Shown in pieces: positions 28,493 through 34,779 of a stretch of DNA of 34,779 bases. The position numbers and the translations under genes were made by a program. Position 1 is the stretch's first letter. Each line of letters opens with the position of its first letter. Below the pieces are notes generated by a model. The model saw only the letters and a list, made by a program, of their open reading frames with translations. It was not told the DNA's origin and searched no databases. The stretch is from Candidatus Azambacteria bacterium (GTDB lineage: Bacteria > Patescibacteriota > Minisyncoccia > UBA10092): NCBI GenBank assembly GCA_016213445.1, contig JACRAJ010000002.1:1-34779 (forward strand), given 5' to 3'.

Positions 28493-30274
28493 TTATTCCA
28501 CAACGGCTCTTATCCGGCGTATGCCGGCCGACGAACTTTCTTCTTTTATTATTTTAAATTCGCCTATCTCGCCCGTTCTCGCGACATGCGGCCCTCCGCA
28601 AAGCTCTTTGGAATAAGCTTTGGACGGATCGGGGTCGCCGATGGAATAAACGTTAACTTCATTCGGATATTTATCTTTTAAAAAAGCGCGCGCGCCCATT
28701 CTAATGGCGCCTTCTTTGGACATCTTCGCGGAAAAAACCGGCAAATCAAGCTTGATTTTCTTGTTAACAATGTTTTCGATTTTTTTTAATTCTTCCGGCG
28801 TCAGTTTGCGGGGAAACGCAAAATCAAATCTCAATCGCTCCGGAGTAATGTCAGAACCTCTCTGTTGGACTTCCGCCTCGTTTCCCAAAACATCGTGAAT
28901 CGCCTGATGAAGCAAATGTGTCGCCGTGTGCAATCTTGTGATTTTATCGATTTCTTTAAAACTTGTCGCCTGTCGCCTGTCGCCTGTCGCTATCCCGTGT
29001 CCTCCGAATTTTTTTTCCGCTCCGGCACGGGAAATTTCCCGGTGTTTTTTAAAAGACGTTTCCCATCCGGATTCATCTATATTAAATCCCCTTTCTTCGG
29101 CAAGTTCTCGCGTCAGTTCCGTCGGAAAACCGTAGCTTTCATAAAGATGAAAAGCGTCTTCCCCGGAAATAATTTTTTCTTTTTTGGCGGCAAGCGTTTT
29201 TTCAAGCTCCTTCAGCCCCTTTTCAAGAGTCTTGTAAAATTTTTCTTCCTCTTTTTGGATTACCGTTAATATATCTTCGCGTTTTATTGAAATTTCCGGA
29301 TAAAATTCCTTATACATTTTAATAACTTTCTCCGCTAAAGAAATCAGGAAATTTTTATCAAAGTCTAAAACTTTGCCATAGCGAATGGCGCGCCGCAAAA
29401 GCCGGCGCAAAATATATCCGGCGCCAATGTTTGAAGGTAAAATGCCATCGGCGATAAGAAACACCGATCCGCGAATATGGTCGACGACAATTCTTACCGC
29501 TCGCGCTTCATTTTCTATGTCTTTGTGCGGAATTGATTGAATCAGCGGTTCGAATAAGTCGGTTTCAAAAATTGTCGGAGCGTCTTGAGAAATCATGGCA
29601 AGGCGTTCCAATCCCATGCCGGTGTCTATTCCGTTTTGTTTAAGCGGCTCCAAATTTTTATCGGCGCGGCAATAATATTGGTTGAAAACCAAATTCCAAA
29701 TTTCAACGCCGTCAACATAAATTTCCGAGGTCGGGCCGCAAGGGCCTTCATCGCCGGTCGGGCCCCAAAAATTATCCTCGCGCCCGCATTTTTTTATTTT
29801 ATCATCGCCAAGCCCCAAGCTTTTCCAAATCGCTATTGATTCAGTATCTTCCGGCACAACTTGCCCCGAGTTTGTCGAGGGGTCGCCTTTAAAAACCGAA
29901 ACATGGCAACGCTCGGGAGAAATGCCTAATTCTTTGGTGATGAATTCCCAGCTCCATTTAATCGCGTCTTCTTTGAAATAATCGCCAAAGCCGAAATTGC
30001 CGAGCATTTCAAAAAAAGTGAGATGCGACTCGTCGCCCACTTCGTCGATATCCGAAGTGCGTAATGACTTTTGTATCGAAACGGTTCGCCGCGCGCCGAA
30101 ATCTTTCACCGGATCTTTCGCGCCGGTGTAATAAAGCTTGAATTGCTGCATTCCGGCCGTCGTTAAAAGCACGGACGAATCATCTTCAGGTAAAAGCGAA
30201 GAAGAAGGCACAATTTTATGCCCCCTCTTCTCAAAAAATTCCAAAAATCTTTTTCTTAATTCTCCGGATGTCAT
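28493..30274 (-). CDS. alaS: Alanine--tRNA ligase, short form lacking C-Ala
   Basis: TTAGMQQF, HLTFFEMLGNF, GPCGP, DTGMGLER, HTATHLLH, ELCGGPH, GIRRI. Confidence 0.97.
   Translation of the reverse strand: MTSGELRKRFLEFFEKRGHKIVPSSSLLPEDDSSVLLTTAGMQQFKLYYTGAKDPVKDFGARRTVSIQKSLRTSDIDEVGDESHLTFFEMLGNFGFGDYFKEDAIKWSWEFITKELGISPERCHVSVFKGDPSTNSGQVVPEDTESIAIWKSLGLGDDKIKKCGREDNFWGPTGDEGPCGPTSEIYVDGVEIWNLVFNQYYCRADKNLEPLKQNGIDTGMGLERLAMISQDAPTIFETDLFEPLIQSIPHKDIENEARAVRIVVDHIRGSVFLIADGILPSNIGAGYILRRLLRRAIRYGKVLDFDKNFLISLAEKVIKMYKEFYPEISIKREDILTVIQKEEEKFYKTLEKGLKELEKTLAAKKEKIISGEDAFHLYESYGFPTELTRELAEERGFNIDESGWETSFKKHREISRAGAEKKFGGHGIATGDRRQATSFKEIDKITRLHTATHLLHQAIHDVLGNEAEVQQRGSDITPERLRFDFAFPRKLTPEELKKIENIVNKKIKLDLPVFSAKMSKEGAIRMGARAFLKDKYPNEVNVYSIGDPDPSKAYSKELCGGPHVARTGEIGEFKIIKEESSSAGIRRIRAVVE
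28964..28991. repeat. Heptamer tandem array (TGTCGCC)x4 in alaS
   Basis: tgtcgcc tgtcgcc tgtcgcc tgtcgct; encodes ATGDRRQATS. Confidence 0.9.
29859..29882 (-). repeat. Small imperfect hairpin insert in alaS (PSTNSGQV)
   Basis: Minus strand cccctcgacaaactcggggcaagt, between VFKGD and VPEDTES. Confidence 0.6.
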
Positions 30275-30304
30275 TAATTCAGTTTAACAGAGCATCCTGC
30301 TAAA

Positions 30305-30403
30305 CACAAATCAATAGGTTTCCGACACCTATTGATTTGTGCGGGGTTTACGATAAAAATTTTAATTTAAATGAGAATTCAATAGGTGTCGGAAACCTAT
30401 TGA
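30305..30403. repeat. REPIN-like inverted doublet of 25-nt palindromes between alaS and mnmA
   Basis: tcaataggtttccgacacctattga (30311-30335) and its exact reverse complement (30379-30403); the first extends to 15-bp arms at 30305-30341. Confidence 0.9.
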
Positions 30404-30409
30404 TGTATT

Positions 30410-31609
30410 TTAAATTATAATTCCGCCGCCGAGCATTGCGCCGTTTTTATCGTAAAACACCGCGCTTTGGCCGGGCGTAATTGCTCGTTGAGGAACATCA
30501 AAAATCAGCGACATGCAACTAGCGACACGCAACATGCTTTCATTGCTTTTCTTTGTATCTTGTAGCTTGTTACTTGTCGCTATTATTGCTTGTTGCAGCG
30601 GCTGGCGATATCTGATGCGCGCTAAGCATTTCAAAGGCAATTTCGGCGCGCTTCCGGAAATCCAATTAATATCTTTTACGGTTAATTCTTTGGCAAAAAG
30701 TTTTTCATTTTCACTTTCGGCCACCCAAAGCGTGTTTGTCTTCATGTCTTTTCCGGCAACATAATAAACTTTTCCCTGTTCGCCGGGCAAACTGCCTTTT
30801 ATTCCGATTCCCTTTCTCTGCCCGATGGTATAGAAAATCACGCCGTCGTGCGCGCCGATTGTTTTTCCATCAAGCGTTTTTATCGGCCCAGAATTCTTTC
30901 CGAGCCTTTCTTTAAGAAAACCCGCGACATCTATTTCTCCGACAAAACACACGCCCTGCGAGTCAGGCTTTTCCGCCGTCGGCAAGCCGTATTTTTTTGC
31001 CAATGCCCGCACCTGCGGCTTGGTATAATCGCCTATTGGAAAAAGGCAATGTTTCAATTGCTCCTGCGTCAAAGTCCATAAAAAATACGACTGATCTTTT
31101 GCGCTATCGTGCGCGGTGACAAGCGACAAGCGACAAGCGACATGTTTTTTAATTTTATTTCTTGTCACATGTTTTTTGTCACATGTCGCCCGCACATAAT
31201 GTCCCGTGGCGATGTAATCCGCGCCGAGCGTCAATGCTTTTTTTAGAAACAAGCCGAACTTAATTTCGCGATTGCACATTACATCGGGATTCGGCGTTTC
31301 GCCTTTGGCGTATCCGGAAACCATATAGTCAACCACGGTTTTTTTATATTCGTCTTCAAAATCAAAAACGTAAAACGGGATTTTTAAAACACCGGCGGCT
31401 CTCCGGGCATCCGCCGCATCTTGTTCGGCGCAACCGGTTAAAGACCAGCCTTTCATATAAACTCCGACAACGTCGTATCCCTTGTTTTTTCCGCCAGAGG
31501 CGGATCCGCCTTTGGCGGACAACAATAAAGCGGCGACGGAACTATCCACTCCGCCCGACATTGCCATAAATATTTTTGGTTTTTTTCGGTTTATTTTTGA
31601 CATACGCAT
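30410..31609 (-). CDS. mnmA: tRNA-specific 2-thiouridylase MnmA
   Basis: AMSGGVDSSV, TPNPDVMCN, ATGHY, KDQSYFL, DSQGVCF, YTIGQR, RYRQ, AITPGQ. Confidence 0.97.
   Translation of the reverse strand: MRMSKINRKKPKIFMAMSGGVDSSVAALLLSAKGGSASGGKNKGYDVVGVYMKGWSLTGCAEQDAADARRAAGVLKIPFYVFDFEDEYKKTVVDYMVSGYAKGETPNPDVMCNREIKFGLFLKKALTLGADYIATGHYVRATCDKKHVTRNKIKKHVACRLSLVTAHDSAKDQSYFLWTLTQEQLKHCLFPIGDYTKPQVRALAKKYGLPTAEKPDSQGVCFVGEIDVAGFLKERLGKNSGPIKTLDGKTIGAHDGVIFYTIGQRKGIGIKGSLPGEQGKVYYVAGKDMKTNTLWVAESENEKLFAKELTVKDINWISGSAPKLPLKCLARIRYRQPLQQAIIATSNKLQDTKKSNESMLRVASCMSLIFDVPQRAITPGQSAVFYDKNGAMLGGGIII
30508..30580. repeat. Inverted degenerate heptamer arrays in the mnmA C-terminal domain
   Basis: gcgacat gcaacta gcgacac gcaacat -17nt- ttgtatc ttgtagc ttgttac ttgtcgc. 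Confidence 0.75.
31116..31189. repeat. Inverted heptamer arrays in mnmA after the GHY motif
   Basis: gtgacaa gcgacaa gcgacaa gcgacat -18nt- ttgtcac atgtttt ttgtcac atgtcgc. Confidence 0.85.
31490..31519 (-). repeat. 30-nt double-hairpin element, copy E (in frame in mnmA, SAKGGSASGG)
   Basis: Minus strand: tccgcc-aaa-ggcgga tccgcc-tct-ggcgga. Confidence 0.95.
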
Positions 31610-31639
31610 AAAAATGTGTCCGCATTATATACCATATTC

Positions 31640-31674
31640 AAAAAAATTAAAACCGGGCTTTAATAAGCCCGGTT
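31640..31674 (-). terminator. Intrinsic terminator of the RNR gene
   Basis: aaccgggctt-taat-aagcccggtt (31651-31674), followed by a T-rich tract on the minus strand. Confidence 0.8.
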
Positions 31675-31688
31675 AATCGCAAGTTACA

Positions 31689-33947
31689 TTATAATTCGCA
31701 TTTTCCGGCAGTACATGCCAATTCATGTGCGCCTTTTTCATCAAAAGACTCATATGCCAGAATTTGCGAGTAGTCAATTACCGGAAATTCTTCCAGTTTT
31801 TGTTTATATTCTTCGGCGGTAATTTCCTCATACGGAGCTTGAGGATAAATACTGTCATCGCGGGGCAAGAAAGAAAGTCCGCCTATAATGTTCCAATTTT
31901 CCCAAATCCAATTTCCCACTTTCAGCCATTCGTCTTCGTTGGCGTAAACCGTTATTGATGGGTTGTGTTCGGTATAATTGATTTTGACTTTTTTCCAATA
32001 CTCGAGCTGCTCGAGAGCGCTTAAGTCATGCCGAGTAATGGCATTTTCGGGAGATTTAACCGGGAATTCCAAAACATAATTTGTAGCATGACCGTCTGGC
32101 TGTCCGTATTTGGGACGATGCGGCACTTTTTGGTCCCGCAACATTTTAAACAAAGGATCGGCCGCGTCAATTTCAACGCGCCTTATGTAATATTTGGCAT
32201 AACGCGGATGCATACCGGATGAGGCATTAACCAGTTGCGAAACCGTGCCTGATGGCTTAACGCATGTTGCGCAAGTGGAGGGATTTATGCCAAATCGTTC
32301 GGCAAAAATGCGATTTACTCTTATTACTTCCTCTTTCAATTTCTGTAAAACCGCCGCATCGCGAACAATCGGCGAATCCCATTGTCCGGTTATGGATACG
32401 CCCAAAAGCCTTTCTTCTTCGCAATTTCTTTTCCACGTTGGAGATAAAAAAGGAAAATCGGTCAAAGTAGCTTGATAAGTTCCAAGCAAAGTTGCGTAGA
32501 AGATTTTTTCCATCAGATCTTCCAAACTGTCAGAGGGTCGAGCGACTATTTCCGTCAAATTACAAAATTGTTTCGATCGCAAAAATATCTCACCGCAGGG
32601 ATTTATACCGCTTTCGTTAAAATAAGGGCCAAAAGTCAGTAAACGCCTGTGCGGCAATTGATATTTTAATCCCTCACGATTAAATATACCTCGTTCACCG
32701 GAACCGCTTTTCATTAAAGATAACCATTCCTCAAGAAATTCCGGTAAATTGGGTTTTCCATTGTAAGCGACCGAATTATTGGCCATTTGCCGTTCGGGAT
32801 GAAGCTCAAAAAAACGACCAACTTTTGCCTGTCGCATATCCGAATCATCCAGATCAGACAAAGAAAGCTCAGCGCTGCGTCTGACGCCTCCCATTATAAC
32901 AGCATCGCCAATTTTACAATTTATATCATGAACATCAATAGGTTTGAGCCGGCGACCCTGCCTGTTTAAAATTCTTGCGCGTGTAAATTTCAACAATCCC
33001 TTTAATGGCTCGGGACCGGAAGCCCACCCTCCCATAGTATTTAATCGAGTGCCTCGAGGGCGAATTTCAGAAAAATCAAAATCAATTTCTCCTCCCTTCA
33101 TCCAGGTTTCTATTCCCAAATTCAGGGCCTCAGCCCACCCCTCCTTACTATCAGGCACTTTAAAAGTTGGAAGAATTGTGCCATTTTGCTTTACAACCTT
33201 GGGCAATTCCTGAATGAAATTTTCCTCAACCGAAAAACTAATTCCGGCTCCGCACATTAATGCGTACAACTGCTCGCCAAAGTCTCTTATGTTTTTTATG
33301 GCTTGATACGCGCAGTTATAAGCGGCGACATTGGTAGCGCGCGCCGCTTTGCCCGCACTCCACATTAAGCGCATTGATGGTATCGTTTTTTGCCATAAAA
33401 TCATTTGTTGAATTTTTTCATATTCTTTAGAAGCCAGACGATCGCCAAGTTTTTCGAACATAAAAGCCATATAGCGATCAACCGTTTCAACCCATGTTTC
33501 CCGACGATTTTCGCCTGACATCCATCGGGAATAATGACCAAAATAAATAAATTCTTCATACGGTCCCTGAAAATAATTACTACTTTCATCGGCAATCTTT
33601 TTTACATCCGGCGACACCTCTTTTTTTGAAGAACGGATTTTCGCGCGTTCATGCCGATAAACGATATATGCTTTTGCAGTCTTTGGATAATCGCTAAGAA
33701 TAAGTTTTTCTTCAACGATATCCTGAATGTTCTCAATTGTAGGAACACCCCCATTACAGTAAATTCTTCCCAGTTCTTCAACAACATAATTAGCGACGAT
33801 TACGGCATCGCTAAAAACCAAAGTTTTGCCAAGATCAATACCAGTCACCTGCATAGCTTTCCAGACGGCATTTGTAATCTTTGTTTGATCAAACGATACA
33901 ATTCGTCCGTCACGTTTCCTGATTTCCAACAATACATTATTTTCCAT
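31689..33947 (-). CDS. nrdJ: Class II (adenosylcobalamin-dependent) ribonucleotide reductase with N-terminal ATP cone
   Basis: ATP cone IRKRDGRIVSFD...AKAYIVYR; NCAY, GGVRRSA, NPCGEI (thiyl Cys), CVKPSGT, C-terminal CTAGKC; no beta subunit gene nearby. Confidence 0.85.
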   Translation of the reverse strand: MENNVLLEIRKRDGRIVSFDQTKITNAVWKAMQVTGIDLGKTLVFSDAVIVANYVVEELGRIYCNGGVPTIENIQDIVEEKLILSDYPKTAKAYIVYRHERAKIRSSKKEVSPDVKKIADESSNYFQGPYEEFIYFGHYSRWMSGENRRETWVETVDRYMAFMFEKLGDRLASKEYEKIQQMILWQKTIPSMRLMWSAGKAARATNVAAYNCAYQAIKNIRDFGEQLYALMCGAGISFSVEENFIQELPKVVKQNGTILPTFKVPDSKEGWAEALNLGIETWMKGGEIDFDFSEIRPRGTRLNTMGGWASGPEPLKGLLKFTRARILNRQGRRLKPIDVHDINCKIGDAVIMGGVRRSAELSLSDLDDSDMRQAKVGRFFELHPERQMANNSVAYNGKPNLPEFLEEWLSLMKSGSGERGIFNREGLKYQLPHRRLLTFGPYFNESGINPCGEIFLRSKQFCNLTEIVARPSDSLEDLMEKIFYATLLGTYQATLTDFPFLSPTWKRNCEEERLLGVSITGQWDSPIVRDAAVLQKLKEEVIRVNRIFAERFGINPSTCATCVKPSGTVSQLVNASSGMHPRYAKYYIRRVEIDAADPLFKMLRDQKVPHRPKYGQPDGHATNYVLEFPVKSPENAITRHDLSALEQLEYWKKVKINYTEHNPSITVYANEDEWLKVGNWIWENWNIIGGLSFLPRDDSIYPQAPYEEITAEEYKQKLEEFPVIDYSQILAYESFDEKGAHELACTAGKCEL

Positions 33948-33955
33948 TTTTTCTT

Positions 33956-34040
33956 CCTCCTCTTTCTTTTTTATTTAATTTTCAAAAAACAATCTTTTTT
34001 GAGTAATAAAAAGATATCATTGGCCCTTGTTTTTTGTCAA
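33956..34040 (-). promoter_or_regulatory. nrdJ promoter, boxA-like leader and SD
   Basis: TTGACA (34035-34040)-18nt-TATCTT (34011-34016) with TGn extension; TTGTTTTTTGAAAA (33979-33992); AGGAGG (33956-33961) 8 nt before ATG. Confidence 0.65.
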
Positions 34041-34063
34041 AAAAACTTATACAATAGCGCGGT

Positions 34064-34636
34064 ATGATAAATTACAATGAACTGAAACCGGGAGTGGTTT
34101 TCATTTTAGACGGCGAGCCGTATGAAGTGCTGGAATTTAATTTTATGAGAATGCAGCAAAGAAAGCCCGTTGCTCAAACGAAAATCAGAAATCTGATTTC
34201 TGGCAAAATATTAAGCCGTAATTTTGCTCACACGGAAAGTTTTGAAGAAGCGGAAATCGATTTTAAAAAAGTAAAATTTCTTTATTCGCACCGCGACAGA
34301 TTTGTTTTTTGCGACATTCAAAATCCATCGGGGCGTTTTGAATTGCCCGTTGAAGTCGTCGGCGACAAAGCGAAATTTTTCAAGCCTAATTCGGAGGTGG
34401 AAGTGATAAGCTTTAAAGATAAAATTATCAATATCAAATTACCCATTAAAATGGATTTTAAAGTCGTTGAAGCGCCGCCGGCCATTCGCGGCAATACGGC
34501 GCAAGGCGGCAACAAAATCGTCACCATAGAAACCGGCGCTCAAGTCGCCGTTCCCCTTTTCATCAACGAAGGCGATATTATAAAAATCAACACCCAAACC
34601 GGCGAATACACGGAAAGAATCGAAAAAGGAAAGTAA
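34064..34636 (+). CDS. efp: Elongation factor P
   Basis: NELKPG, DGEPYEV, RNLISG, PPAIRGNTAQGG, ETGAQVAVPLFINEGD, GEYTER. Confidence 0.96.
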   Translation: MINYNELKPGVVFILDGEPYEVLEFNFMRMQQRKPVAQTKIRNLISGKILSRNFAHTESFEEAEIDFKKVKFLYSHRDRFVFCDIQNPSGRFELPVEVVGDKAKFFKPNSEVEVISFKDKIINIKLPIKMDFKVVEAPPAIRGNTAQGGNKIVTIETGAQVAVPLFINEGDIIKINTQTGEYTERIEKGK

Positions 34637-34640
34637 ATTC

Positions 34641-34696
34641 CCTAAACCCAATCCCTCGTGCTCACAACCCGCGAGAAAACGAATACGGGGTTGTTT
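34641..34696. repeat. Short copy of the 7208-7386 element downstream of efp
   Basis: Reverse complement of 34655-34696 matches 7214-7255 at 39/42; preceded by cctaaacccaatccc. Confidence 0.85.
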
Positions 34697-34779
34697 AAAA
34701 GCCTTGCTGGTTTGGAATTAAAAAAGATTTATTATTTTGGAACAGAATCTCCCAGAATTTTTTTCGATTCTTCCATATC

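Noticed and set aside
28493-30274. Short AlaS (also ProS and L13) as pseudogenes
   Set aside because: Frames and catalytic motifs are intact; compact forms are expected in reduced genomes
2881-31519. 30-nt repeats as a CRISPR array
   Set aside because: Copies are dispersed kilobases apart with no repeat-spacer periodicity and no cas genes
33948-34040. Cobalamin riboswitch or NrdR boxes upstream of nrdJ
   Set aside because: The leader is too short and AT-rich for a riboswitch, and no NrdR-box-like palindrome was seen
665-34651. Many antisense or overlapping ORFs in the track
   Set aside because: They are shadows of well-supported genes and carry no recognisable motifs

Overview
Core-genome window from a bacterium that gene content, short protein forms and promoter architecture suggest is Patescibacteria/CPR (Parcubacteria-like); this is inference, not a database result. 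It holds a NRAMP transporter, a cupin, GtrA plus two GT-C glycosyltransferases, ftsQ, serS, lysS, greA, mrdA-mreD-mreC-mreB, proS, rseP, frr, a holB-like gene, a second mreB, murA, a PEGA protein, the infA-rpmJ-rpsM-rpsK-rpsD-rpoA-rplQ-rplM-rpsI cluster, alaS, mnmA, a class II RNR with ATP cone, and efp. No rRNA, tRNA, CRISPR array or transposase was recognised. The main signal is at small scale: several families of tiny palindromic elements, many inserted in frame inside housekeeping and envelope proteins. The clearest is a 30-nt double hairpin with 5 copies and covarying stems. It adds S-A-[KQ]-G-G-[SP]-A-[FS]-G-[GW] to MnmA, ProS, a GT-C and a PEGA protein, with no visible target-site duplication. 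Also present: inverted heptamer arrays in mnmA, a heptamer array and a second hairpin insert in alaS, a TCCGAC-core palindrome family including a REPIN-like doublet, and a MITE-like structured element downstream of translation genes.
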